Part shown: positions 40,103-50,072 of the stretch, in pieces | Layout: each line of letters starts with the position of its first letter | How positions within the stretch are numbered: position 1 is the stretch's first letter | NCBI GenBank assembly: GCA_016840085.1 | Contig: JAEOTA010000088.1 | Coordinates: 32,001 to 96,000 of the forward strand | Direction of reading: 5' to 3' | DNA from: Promethearchaeota archaeon | Lineage (GTDB): Archaea > Asgardarchaeota > Lokiarchaeia > Sigyniarchaeales > SOKP01 | DNA: 64,000 nt | Notes under the pieces: model-generated | The model's database searches: none | What the model saw: only the letters and a program-made list of their open reading frames with translations | Told to the model about the DNA's origin: nothing | Made by a program: the position numbers and the translations under genes

Positions 40103-41866
40103 ATGGTTAAAGCGGCAAAAGCGACAGAAAAAAGTTTAAATATTTCCAAAGGGATAATATTTACTTTTTTTACTTTTTATCTCATTTTTTTTGGGATATT
40201 TATAAGTAATTTTTTTACATCTAGCACAGGCGATATACCTCCTTTTGTAAGCTATTTACCTCTTTTATGTTATATTGGTGCTTTTTTCTGTGGAATTGGT
40301 TTAATTATATTTATTAGGAATGTAACTACCCACAAAGTGCGTCAAACACAATCTCGTAAAAAAATAAAAGCAGGATCAATTTATAAACAAGCACTCTTCT
40401 TAATTATTTTTATCTTTGCTTTTGTCCCTTTACTTTCTCCTATTATTGATAGAGGAGTTAACACTCAACACTTTTCAGTTTATAATAATAAATGGAATGG
40501 TTGTTCAGAGTTTAAACGAACAATCAGGGAACAAGCGGGATATCAAAATATAATGTCTGTTCAATCAAGTTTAAGTGCTACTGAAAGACTAAATCAATCA
40601 ATATTGTTAATTTTATTAGGTCCAAATCAGTTTTACGACCCCATTTTTGAAATTCCATATTTTATAGATTTTTTTGAGGGTAGAAATTCATTATTATTAT
40701 GTCATGATCACGGGTCTACAAGTACTTTATTATGGGAGATTCTTATAGCTAATATTCTTAATATGGGAAGTCAAAATGCAACAGGAATCTTTCCTGTAAC
40801 ACTATTTCCAGATGGAATTCTACGTGATAATTTTTCTTATGACACAACCCCCGAATTCCCCGTCATTACTAATTTTGATTATTCTCATCCAACAACTTTT
40901 GGAATTGATGAAGTAATTCTTTCGAGAGCATCCAGCGCTGCAGGAGGCCCCCTTGTAGAATTTTTTGGATGGGATGTCGTAGGTTCTGCAAGTGAATTAT
41001 ACAGCTGGGTTGATAAAAATGATAATGGTAGAGTAGATCCTGACATTGATGTCCTTGATTTAGGATTTATTGGTGAGATGCTCACAGGTTTTCCTAAAGA
41101 AATATTAAAACTACCGCTTTATAGTCCGTTTACTCCACGTGTATTCATGGCTAAAGAATTAGGAAACTCTAGAGTATTTGTGTCAGCAGATGCTAGTCTA
41201 TTTAATAATGAACTAATTGATGATGATCTTGGATATGATAATAAACAATTTGGGATCAATATAGTAGAATGGCTTACATTCGCAGATTATGGAGTAAATA
41301 AAGATGATTGGGTGGTAGTTTTTGACGAAGCTCATATTCGCCCTGAAAATTCGAGAGATCTAACTTCTGCTGGAATTTATGGATTTATAATGCAGTACAT
41401 AGTTCATCTCTCAACAAATCCTATTACTGCATGGATTTACCCACTCCTCGCAGTTTATACTTTAAAAAGATATCTTCCTAAAAAAGATAAGCAGAAAGAA
41501 CAAGAAAAAATTGCAGAAGAAGAAGAAAAGAGGGAAGAAAAGGCACGCTTTAGAACATCTTCATTTTTTGCACAAAAAATTGAAGAATTTAAAGATAAAG
41601 GTAAATACAGTGAAGCATTGAAACTACTCTATAGAAGGCTGGAAAGAAAACTAAATACATTATTAAAAGGCGAAAAAATTACTACAAAAAGAGTAATTGA
41701 TATGGTGATTGCCAAAGATCCATCATCAACGAAATTAAAGATAAGAAGATTATCCAGATTTATGGAAAGAATTTTATCTATTAAAGAAGGTAAATATAAA
41801 GTTAGAACTGAAGAAGATTTCGAAGAATTGTTTTTCGAAATGGGTTGGGCAGTTAATAATATTTAG
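40103..41866 (+). CDS. DUF4350-like membrane protein
   Basis: FSVYN..WNG.S, ADASLFNN..I...DN..F and VFDEAH motifs. Confidence 0.75.
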   Translation: MVKAAKATEKSLNISKGIIFTFFTFYLIFFGIFISNFFTSSTGDIPPFVSYLPLLCYIGAFFCGIGLIIFIRNVTTHKVRQTQSRKKIKAGSIYKQALFLIIFIFAFVPLLSPIIDRGVNTQHFSVYNNKWNGCSEFKRTIREQAGYQNIMSVQSSLSATERLNQSILLILLGPNQFYDPIFEIPYFIDFFEGRNSLLLCHDHGSTSTLLWEILIANILNMGSQNATGIFPVTLFPDGILRDNFSYDTTPEFPVITNFDYSHPTTFGIDEVILSRASSAAGGPLVEFFGWDVVGSASELYSWVDKNDNGRVDPDIDVLDLGFIGEMLTGFPKEILKLPLYSPFTPRVFMAKELGNSRVFVSADASLFNNELIDDDLGYDNKQFGINIVEWLTFADYGVNKDDWVVVFDEAHIRPENSRDLTSAGIYGFIMQYIVHLSTNPITAWIYPLLAVYTLKRYLPKKDKQKEQEKIAEEEEKREEKARFRTSSFFAQKIEEFKDKGKYSEALKLLYRRLERKLNTLLKGEKITTKRVIDMVIAKDPSSTKLKIRRLSRFMERILSIKEGKYKVRTEEDFEELFFEMGWAVNNI

Positions 41867-42022
41867 GAGGAGGAAGGAAACGCAAAGTGAAGAAAAAAAT
41901 TCACAGAAAATATACAAAGCATCAAGGAAAATAAAAAATAAAAATAAAAAAGAAAAAAAAATAAAAAAATAAATTAAAATTTTAAAAAAAAGAAAAAAAA
42001 AAAAATATGAGGTTATTAAAAT

Positions 42023-43003
42023 ATGGAAACTCAAGATAAAGCAAAATACTATGAAAGAGAAGAAATTGATGTGACCCCTATTCGTGAAATAGCACAGGAA
42101 GTCCTTAGCGAGGTATCTAGAGTAATAGTTGGTTATGGAGAAATTCTCCAACAACTTTTTATTGCATTATTAGTTAATGGGCACGTTCTCCTTGAAGGTG
42201 TACCAGGACTAGGAAAAACTGTCATGGCTAAAACATTTGCTTCCACCTTAGGAATTGGTTTTAGACGAGTTCAATTTACACCCGATCTACTCCCTGCAGA
42301 TATAACTGGTACTAAAATTTTCGATCAAAATGAGGGTGCTTTTGTTCTCCAAAAAGGACCAATTTTTGCTAATGTAGTACTTGCTGATGAGATTAATAGA
42401 GCCGCTCCTAAGACACAAGCTGCTTTACTCGAAGCTATGGCCGAAAGACAGGTAACTATCGAAGGTCAAACACTTCTACTTGAAAAACCATTTATTGTTC
42501 TAGCTACAGAAAACCCTGTAGAAATGGAGGGTACTTATCCATTACCAGAGGCGCAGGTGGATCGATTTTTGTTTAAACTTTGGTTAGATTATCCAGAAGA
42601 TACAGAAGAAGTAGAGATTATGAGAAGACAATTATCAGGTGAACCACCTTCAGTTGAAGCAATAACCGCAGGAGAAGAAATATTAGCAGCACAAAAAATT
42701 ATGAATCTAGTTTATATTGATGATAGAATTCTAAAATATATCAGAGATATCACAATTAAAACGCGAAACCATCCACAAATCGCTCTCGGATGTGGCCCCC
42801 GAGCTTCACTCACTTTAATGAAATGTGCCAAGGCACGTGCTGCGATTCTCGGTCGAACGTATGTAACTCCTGATGATGTGCGTGCATTAATCATACCTGC
42901 ATTAAACCATAGAGTTCTTTTAAAACCAGAGGCAGAATTGGAAGGTTTAGATACTCAAAGTGTATTAAAATCGATCGTAGAAGAAATTCCAATACCAATC
43001 TAA
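42023..43003 (+). CDS. moxR: MoxR family AAA+ ATPase (MoxR proper)
   Basis: GHVLLEGVPGLGKT, RVQFTPDLLPAD, LADEINRA, EGTYPLPEAQ.DRF. Confidence 0.96.
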   Translation: METQDKAKYYEREEIDVTPIREIAQEVLSEVSRVIVGYGEILQQLFIALLVNGHVLLEGVPGLGKTVMAKTFASTLGIGFRRVQFTPDLLPADITGTKIFDQNEGAFVLQKGPIFANVVLADEINRAAPKTQAALLEAMAERQVTIEGQTLLLEKPFIVLATENPVEMEGTYPLPEAQVDRFLFKLWLDYPEDTEEVEIMRRQLSGEPPSVEAITAGEEILAAQKIMNLVYIDDRILKYIRDITIKTRNHPQIALGCGPRASLTLMKCAKARAAILGRTYVTPDDVRALIIPALNHRVLLKPEAELEGLDTQSVLKSIVEEIPIPI

Positions 43004-43064
43004 TTCACCAATTTTTTTAATTATTAATAAAATTATAAAGGTTAATAAGAGACGGTGAAAAAAT

Positions 43065-44393
43065 ATGTTAGGTGGAAAGGGTAGAAATTTAATCTTATTT
43101 GCAGTATTTTTTCTTACAGCAGGTTTTGCATTTGTGAATTACTTTCTGCTATATTTTGCCGTACTATTACTTTTTAGTACTATTATCAGTTTACCCGTAT
43201 TCCACTATAAGATGAACGTTGAAGAATTATTAGTACATCGAGAACTTGAGAAAGAAAAAGTATTTAGAGATGATTTTGTTCATGTAAAAGTAGTTATAGA
43301 GAATATTGGACGTAACAGTTTTGATTTTCTTGAAATCAGAGACATTTTTAACCCTCAACTTTTTAGATTGATTTTAGGTGAAAATTTTATATCGACGAGA
43401 ATTGGCCCAAAAGAAATAGTTAAGTTTTCCTATGTTCTTGAACCAAGAGTTAGGGGGGAATATGCACTCGGACCCTTATCAGTAATAGTAAAGGATAGAT
43501 TAGGGTTCAATTCATTAGAAAGAATCGTTCCTGACAGCGTTACTGATATATTAATATATCCACCATATGAAGATATTAAAAGAATTGAAATATTGGGTTC
43601 AAAAAGATCTTTACAATTAAACTATGGTCTACAGAGATCAAAGCAAAAGGGTCTTGGTTCTGAATTTTATGGCATGAGAAAATATGTTTTTGGGGATCAA
43701 TTTAGATTAATAGATTGGAAAGCAAGTGCTCGAACTCAAACCCTAATTGTAAAAGAATTTGAGAGTGAAAGAGATGTGACTGTTATGATTTTAGTAGATT
43801 CTTCAGAAACAATGGCGGGGGGTGCTATTGAAAATACTAAATTTGAATATGCAATAAGAGCATGCATGCTTTTAACTAAAGTAGCTTTAACACGAAGGGA
43901 TAGCGTTGGCGTATTCACATTTTCAGATAAGAAAAATTTCAATTTCTTAAAACCAAATAGCGGTGAGGAACATTTTTATCAGGTATTAGATTTTGTTGCT
44001 CGAGTGAAACCAGAGGGGAAATGTAGAATTGTTGAAGCCCTTGATCATTTCACACGTAGATTTCAGAAGCGAAGTTTAGTTTTCATTATATCTGATTTAG
44101 AAGCAAATCCTAAAGAGACTAGTCAAGCGATAAAAAAATTAATACCATTCAATCATTCTGTCATTATTATCAATCCTTTTAGTCCTTGGTTCGAAATTCA
44201 TGAGATAGATTTATCATCAACAGATAAGGCATTAGCAGAAGCGATTAGCGAGGCGATGATGGAACATGTTCTAACAATTAAACAAGAACTTCGAAATTTA
44301 GGTATCAATATTATAACATGTGGACCTGATGATATGATGAATCAAGTTTTAAGTAATTATATGGAAGCAAAGAAGAAGGGGAGGGCGTTTTAA
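43065..44393 (+). CDS. DUF58 domain (VWA-like) protein
   Basis: GSEFYGMRKY..GD..R.IDWKASAR, VDSSETM, ISD. Confidence 0.92.
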   Translation: MLGGKGRNLILFAVFFLTAGFAFVNYFLLYFAVLLLFSTIISLPVFHYKMNVEELLVHRELEKEKVFRDDFVHVKVVIENIGRNSFDFLEIRDIFNPQLFRLILGENFISTRIGPKEIVKFSYVLEPRVRGEYALGPLSVIVKDRLGFNSLERIVPDSVTDILIYPPYEDIKRIEILGSKRSLQLNYGLQRSKQKGLGSEFYGMRKYVFGDQFRLIDWKASARTQTLIVKEFESERDVTVMILVDSSETMAGGAIENTKFEYAIRACMLLTKVALTRRDSVGVFTFSDKKNFNFLKPNSGEEHFYQVLDFVARVKPEGKCRIVEALDHFTRRFQKRSLVFIISDLEANPKETSQAIKKLIPFNHSVIIINPFSPWFEIHEIDLSSTDKALAEAISEAMMEHVLTIKQELRNLGINIITCGPDDMMNQVLSNYMEAKKKGRAF

Positions 44394-44396
44394 AGC

Positions 44397-45839
44397 ATGG
44401 TGCGTAGCTATTTATTAACATTAAAGATTATTAATGTATTTGTGTATGTTTGGCTATTCTTAATATTTCTCACATCAATATTTCATTTTGATGCAGTTAT
44501 TACAACCGCAGAGGATGAGTTCGTCATATTAGCATTCTTTGAAGCGATTAGAAATGTATTTTCCTACTTAATATATGGAGGAAGTTTAGCTATTGCTTAT
44601 ACTTGCGCTTTCTTCACTTCGGGTATGTATAGTAATTATATATTTGAGTTTGTTAATATATTCTTTGAGAAATATTTAAGCTCATGGTTTTTGATTGAAA
44701 CACCAACTTTGCAGGACATTCCTAATCTGATTTCAAGCGAACTGGGAGTATTATTTAATGATTTTTATTTATTTGCTTTTCAATTGTTATTTGTAATTTC
44801 AATTGTCTATGCCATTAGAGCATTTATCAAAAGCGATCCAAAAACTTATCTTATATCTCTTGGTTCAATAGTTCTTATGATTGTATTCCCTCTCATGATA
44901 ATTGGTTTGAAAGATTTGTTAGATTTGTTAAATTTTCGATTTCAATACATAAATCAAATGGCAAGCGCAAACCCACTTGATCCTATTTTATCTGAAATAC
45001 CAATTGATAATTTCTTTCTATTTATATCAAGTCCAGTTATTCTTTTTGCCATAATCTCTTATATTTATTTAGAGCTAGCATTTCAAATCGATTATACAGA
45101 TACTGTTACGAAACCTTCTTTAGAAAGGAGCGATAGGTTAGAAGCACAATTAAATATTTTAGAACGAGAATCGCATTTTGTAATTGCAAATGTAGATAAA
45201 ATTAGAGAAGAAGCTAAGAAAAGGAGAGAAGAAATTGAGGCAGAACAAAAAGAAGGTTTAGCAATAGGAAGATTTTTTGCTAAAACAGGTAAGCGATTTT
45301 CATATGTAAAAGAAATGATAGAAAGAAGGAAATTAGAAGAAGAAGAAAAAAAATTAGTAACCGCTGCTTCTAAAACGAGAAGGCTTGGAAGATATATCGA
45401 ACGTCTTTTTAGGGAGGATTTAGAAGCAAGAGATACTTTGACTGCAAGTTCTTCAGCACCTCGAGCTAAAAATTTAATTACATCAACCTTAATTAATTTT
45501 ACTTATAGAGTAGGTTTACTCTTAATAATAAGTTTCATTATTATCCATCCTCTTTGGTTTTTAGGTACAGTTATTCAATTACCGGATTCAATTACAGAAA
45601 GTGTGGCGATGTATTCCCCTGAAGTAATCATAATATTATTACTTCCAATTATGCTTCTCTTTCCTGTAATTTCTCAATTAATATCGTTTATTAAACATCG
45701 TAATTTAATAATTAGATTGCAACAAGAAGGGCGTATAAAGGAAATTCTTGCATCGGTTGGGGATTATGTTAAGGTTGATAAAGAAAAAATAGAAGATCAA
45801 AAAGTAGAAACTGAAGAAGTCGCTACAGAATCAACTTAG
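44397..45839 (+). CDS. Polytopic membrane protein with a cytoplasmic coiled-coil loop
   Basis: Hydrophobic segments flank a charged helical region; last gene of the operon. Confidence 0.75.
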   Translation: MVRSYLLTLKIINVFVYVWLFLIFLTSIFHFDAVITTAEDEFVILAFFEAIRNVFSYLIYGGSLAIAYTCAFFTSGMYSNYIFEFVNIFFEKYLSSWFLIETPTLQDIPNLISSELGVLFNDFYLFAFQLLFVISIVYAIRAFIKSDPKTYLISLGSIVLMIVFPLMIIGLKDLLDLLNFRFQYINQMASANPLDPILSEIPIDNFFLFISSPVILFAIISYIYLELAFQIDYTDTVTKPSLERSDRLEAQLNILERESHFVIANVDKIREEAKKRREEIEAEQKEGLAIGRFFAKTGKRFSYVKEMIERRKLEEEEKKLVTAASKTRRLGRYIERLFREDLEARDTLTASSSAPRAKNLITSTLINFTYRVGLLLIISFIIIHPLWFLGTVIQLPDSITESVAMYSPEVIIILLLPIMLLFPVISQLISFIKHRNLIIRLQQEGRIKEILASVGDYVKVDKEKIEDQKVETEEVATEST

Positions 45840-45856
45840 ATATCTTTATATTTAAT

Positions 45857-46789
45857 TTAAGATAAATTGATTATAAACTGAGCCAATTGAATTTTCTTTT
45901 CTATACTTGTCATTAGTGTATCGTAACAATAAGTTCTTATTCCTAATTTTTCAATTTCTGGTTTTAATTTGCAATCTTTATTATCTATTATAAAATGACC
46001 TATAATATTTTTATAAAAGTTTGCGACTCCTACACAGGAAACTTCTAAACCTAAAGATTTCATTAGCTTATCAGCGGGGCCCTTTACAGTTGTTCCTTTT
46101 ATTATTGGGCTAATTGCATACACTTTTTTTTTAACTTTTGAAAGACTATCTTTAATTCCTTTTACTTGAAGTATTGTTTCTATTGATACAATTGGATTAG
46201 ACGGACAAATAATAATTCTTTTCGCCTTATTGATATATTCTAAAACTCCCTTGACAGGTTTAGCTTCTTTTATTCCTTTAAATTCTACTCCCAAAATTTC
46301 TGGTTTACATTGATATTTTATATAATATTTTTCAAAATGCATCGATTCTGTAGGAGTTTTAATGTATGTTTCAACTGGTTCATTAGACATAGGAATTATT
46401 TGAGATTTAACTCCAAAACTTTTGCAAATCTTAGCTGTTATCTCTGCTTTACTAAAACCTTGACTATATAAGTCTGTGCGATAAATATGTATTGCTAAAT
46501 CCTTATCACCAGCATTAAACCATCCTGCATTGTAAAATTTTTTTAAAATACTTAAACAATTAAAAGTTTCTTCAGCAAATCCCCATCCCTTTTCCTTATC
46601 AATAAAATTTGACAGTGTATAAGTTATTATATCCAAATCAGGACAAATTTTCAAACCGAATAAATCAATATCATCACCAGTATTCACGATAATTTTTAGC
46701 AGTTCAGGATTTACTACATTTACCAATCCTTCAATAAATTTAGCAGCACCAACACCTCCCGCTAGGAGTAAATAAAAATCGCTATTCAT
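45857..46789 (-). CDS. cofD: 2-phospho-L-lactate/PEP transferase (F420 biosynthesis)
   Basis: LAGGVGAAKF, VNTGDD..GL.ICPDLD, PSNP.VSI, GPADKLM. Confidence 0.95.
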   Translation of the reverse strand: MNSDFYLLLAGGVGAAKFIEGLVNVVNPELLKIIVNTGDDIDLFGLKICPDLDIITYTLSNFIDKEKGWGFAEETFNCLSILKKFYNAGWFNAGDKDLAIHIYRTDLYSQGFSKAEITAKICKSFGVKSQIIPMSNEPVETYIKTPTESMHFEKYYIKYQCKPEILGVEFKGIKEAKPVKGVLEYINKAKRIIICPSNPIVSIETILQVKGIKDSLSKVKKKVYAISPIIKGTTVKGPADKLMKSLGLEVSCVGVANFYKNIIGHFIIDNKDCKLKPEIEKLGIRTYCYDTLMTSIEKKIQLAQFIINLS

Positions 46790-48216
46790 GATTTTTGTCC
46801 ACTATTAGTTTTAATTTCATATATAATATTTTTCAATTCTCTGCGTAGTGGTGCTTTAACCACCTTTAAGGGATACCCAACCGTAAAAAATGCCATTGGA
46901 ATATAAGATTCAGGAAGTTGAAGGATTTCTTTGATTAGATCTTTAGCAAAAAGGGGAGCACAATACCAACATGCGGCTAAATTCTTCATCTCAAGCGCTA
47001 GAAGAAAATATATTGCTGAACAACTTATGCTTTGGACACCAAGAATAAACTCATTTTGTGTTCGTTCCCTATCAGGATATTTTTCTAAGTCTATTGTGTC
47101 TAAGCACAGAAGAACGAGAATTGGTGCTTCGAAAAAATTCGTTCTTGTCTTATTTATTTTAGATTCTATAAAGTCATTAGACTTTCTATCATCTTGTAAA
47201 TCTTTTTTTAATTTTTCATTCATCTTATTTATTAATTTTTCGCGAAGAATGTCTTTTTCCATTATACAATACCTCCAAAATTGCCCATTATGGGCACTTG
47301 GTGCCCATCTTGCAAGTTCAATACATTCTTCGATTAAATTCTTGTCTACTTTTTTATTTTCAAATTGAAATTTATAACTTCTTCGATTTCTTAGAATTTT
47401 CGTTAATTTTATACGTTCACTATCAACGAATAAATCAAGTTCTTTCTTTCTTATTATTGGTTTAATTGTAGCATTTTCATTTAGTTCAAAATTATAACCT
47501 CTTATTAATACAACCGGAATTCCCTCATCAGCTTCTCCCATGACCAATTGCGCTGCTGAAGCAAGACTATCAACTTGACCCATAATTGTGCTTTGTAGTT
47601 CATAGCCAAATAAATCTTTCTCACCTCTTTTATCCAATATCGGATCTATCCCTGAAACCCCTACTGCAACACCTACAGCGCCTATCCTAAAAGCTCTTCC
47701 AAAAGAATCAGAAATGATGATTGCTATATCTTTATTAAATTTACTTTTTAATACTTTTCTTATTGTTTCAGCATCTTCATCGGGATTTTTTGGTAATAAT
47801 GTTACATTGCCCTCACCTTCAATATTGGACTTATCTATTCCTGCATCAGCACAAATAAAACCATGCTTAGTTTCAGTAATTAATACATGCTCAGCTCTTA
47901 TAATATCTTTGGATTCATCTAAAATTGCTTGGATTAACCTCGGATCTTTTGTTGGAATTCCTTGATTCTTTGCTTTTGGATTTATAGTTTCGTATAACTC
48001 CAAAGCTCTCCCACTTGGTTTGATATCGCTTAGATTTCTAATTCTTCCATTACTTTTCGATATCAAAGATTGAGCAATTACAATTATATCTCCATTTTCT
48101 AAAGTCAATTTGTGTTTTTCTAAAGCATCAGTAATAACTTGAGAGATATCATCTCCTTCTTTAATTAATGGAATACTTTTTAACCCTATTACTTGAATTT
48201 GATTTTCTAAACTCAT
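46786..48216 (-). CDS. cofE: F420-0:gamma-glutamyl ligase fused to a nitroreductase domain (FbiB-like)
   Basis: AGID.SN, DSFGR.FR.G, MGEADEG.P; then RRS..F, APSAHNGQ.W and AACW..AP. Confidence 0.92.
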   Translation of the reverse strand: MSLENQIQVIGLKSIPLIKEGDDISQVITDALEKHKLTLENGDIIVIAQSLISKSNGRIRNLSDIKPSGRALELYETINPKAKNQGIPTKDPRLIQAILDESKDIIRAEHVLITETKHGFICADAGIDKSNIEGEGNVTLLPKNPDEDAETIRKVLKSKFNKDIAIIISDSFGRAFRIGAVGVAVGVSGIDPILDKRGEKDLFGYELQSTIMGQVDSLASAAQLVMGEADEGIPVVLIRGYNFELNENATIKPIIRKKELDLFVDSERIKLTKILRNRRSYKFQFENKKVDKNLIEECIELARWAPSAHNGQFWRYCIMEKDILREKLINKMNEKLKKDLQDDRKSNDFIESKINKTRTNFFEAPILVLLCLDTIDLEKYPDRERTQNEFILGVQSISCSAIYFLLALEMKNLAACWYCAPLFAKDLIKEILQLPESYIPMAFFTVGYPLKVVKAPLRRELKNIIYEIKTNSGQKS

Positions 48217-48228
48217 AATGTATCAGTT

Positions 48229-49284
48229 TTAGATATTTAAATATCTTTTATTATCCACATCTTTACTAACAGCTAATTTTTCATATTTTTCTGGAATTGC
48301 ACAACATGCAGAAAAAAATTTATATTGAATTTTAGAGTTATGGGATCTTAACCATATTAAAGTATCTTTTGAGGGAATTTCAATTCTTGTAATCCCTGCT
48401 TTTAAGGCATATTTTTCAACTTCTATCTTTATTTTACCCCTAGGTCTCATACAGCCTAATGATATTTCTGTATTTGGAAAAACGAATCTTATCAGAGCTA
48501 TAACTTTTGCTATATCTATTGGATGAGGTGTTTCAAATTTAGTTTTAGAATATTTTGGAGGAATTAATACAATTAAGACTATCAATGATGGATGTATTTT
48601 AGTTTCTTGAATAAATTTTATACAAGCTAACTCTTTATGTAGCCGTCCATAATATAATCCAATACAAATATGTGGAACTATATTTAAATTATATTTTTTT
48701 AATAAATTAATTGCCCTTTTATATTCACTTAATTCAATATTTAAATGATAAATACTTCTAACAATTTCCTCATCCATAGTAATATCAAAAGATACCATAT
48801 CTACTTTAGCATCTGCAAGTTTCTTTGCAGTTTCTTCATTTAATAAACCCGTATGAGTATTAATTACTAGATTTGTATGGTTTTTTATTTTTTTTATGGT
48901 GTCTAAAAAATTCAATAAAGGTACTGATCCATCAAGTTCACTTCCACCAGAAATTAAAGCTCCAACCCCATCATTTTCATAGAGATCTATTAAAAATTTC
49001 TCTAAATCGTTATTTTCAGTAATTTGCTTCATACCCTTTAAATATTTTTTATTACAATGTTCGCATTTTAAAGCACATTCGCTACCAGTTATACTGATAG
49101 CAGGGAATCTAGTAGAAGGATTATATACTTTCAAAACATTACCAAAATTTTTTCGAGTAATATTTTGAGCTAAATTAAAGAATGGTTTCAATTTATCTGC
49201 TTTTAAGTCTAGAAAAGATGAAAAATCTGACCAAGAAGCAGATCTGGATTTTATTTTATCAAACAATTCTTGAGTTTTACTCAT
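48229..49284 (-). CDS. lipS1: Radical SAM lipoyl synthase subunit, LipS1-like
   Basis: CxxxCxxC (CALKCEHC), GCMR and CC motifs; next to a lipoate ligase. Confidence 0.8.
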   Translation of the reverse strand: MSKTQELFDKIKSRSASWSDFSSFLDLKADKLKPFFNLAQNITRKNFGNVLKVYNPSTRFPAISITGSECALKCEHCNKKYLKGMKQITENNDLEKFLIDLYENDGVGALISGGSELDGSVPLLNFLDTIKKIKNHTNLVINTHTGLLNEETAKKLADAKVDMVSFDITMDEEIVRSIYHLNIELSEYKRAINLLKKYNLNIVPHICIGLYYGRLHKELACIKFIQETKIHPSLIVLIVLIPPKYSKTKFETPHPIDIAKVIALIRFVFPNTEISLGCMRPRGKIKIEVEKYALKAGITRIEIPSKDTLIWLRSHNSKIQYKFFSACCAIPEKYEKLAVSKDVDNKRYLNI

Positions 49285-50056
49285 ACTTTTTTAACCATTT
49301 TAAATTTGAGTATTTTTCTTTTACCAACTGTTCAGCTAAAATTAATTCCTCGTCAGAAAAACTTCCTTCTATTAATTTAATTCCCAAGGTTTTTTCAAAT
49401 CCTCGTCTAAGTGATTCTATTAATTTTTTTTCATTATAATTTGGTAATTGTTCCTTAATTCCAATACATTTAGCACGAACAGATTTCACCATTCTAGTTT
49501 TACTAACAGTCTCGGGTGCTTTTAAAACTGAATACATTAAATCAGGATCAAGATCTAATAAAATTGTACCATGTTGGAGAATATAACCTTTCTTCCTCAC
49601 TTGTGCATTTCCAGAAAATTTTTTTCCCTCTATCATAATTGCAGGACAATGAATTACATCTTTTTCAGGCGTCAGTCCAAAAATCATTAATCCTGCAATA
49701 ATTCCTTGTGTAATAATTTCAAATTGGTCTAATACTTTTCTACCGCCTAGATGTTCTAAAAATTTTATTGGACATATAATTGAATAGGTCAACTCCCGAT
49801 CTTCATCATGAAATACGGCACCGCCTCCTGTAATACGTCTAACAACATTAAATCCCTTTTGATTGGCAAATTTAATATCTATTTCTGCTGATAAACTTTG
49901 ATTTCTTCCAATACTTGCTGTTGAAGGTCTCCATTTGTAAAATCTCAGAGTATTTGGTGATTTTTTTTTGATCATCATTCTTAATATGGCTTCATCTAAA
50001 GCCATATTCCAAAATCCATTTCTAACGGTTAATGGTATATATCGGAATGAATTCAT
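49277..50056 (-). CDS. lplA: Lipoate-protein ligase / octanoyltransferase catalytic domain
   Basis: NMALDEA, RRITGGGAVFHD, KKFSGNAQ, QHGT. Confidence 0.9.
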   Translation of the reverse strand: MNSFRYIPLTVRNGFWNMALDEAILRMMIKKKSPNTLRFYKWRPSTASIGRNQSLSAEIDIKFANQKGFNVVRRITGGGAVFHDEDRELTYSIICPIKFLEHLGGRKVLDQFEIITQGIIAGLMIFGLTPEKDVIHCPAIMIEGKKFSGNAQVRKKGYILQHGTILLDLDPDLMYSVLKAPETVSKTRMVKSVRAKCIGIKEQLPNYNEKKLIESLRRGFEKTLGIKLIEGSFSDEELILAEQLVKEKYSNLKWLKKYE

Positions 50057-50072
50057 TTTGCCTATTAAGATA

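Noticed and set aside
41774-42154. 126-aa Phe-rich ORF
   Set aside because: An artefact of reading the A-tract on the reverse strand.
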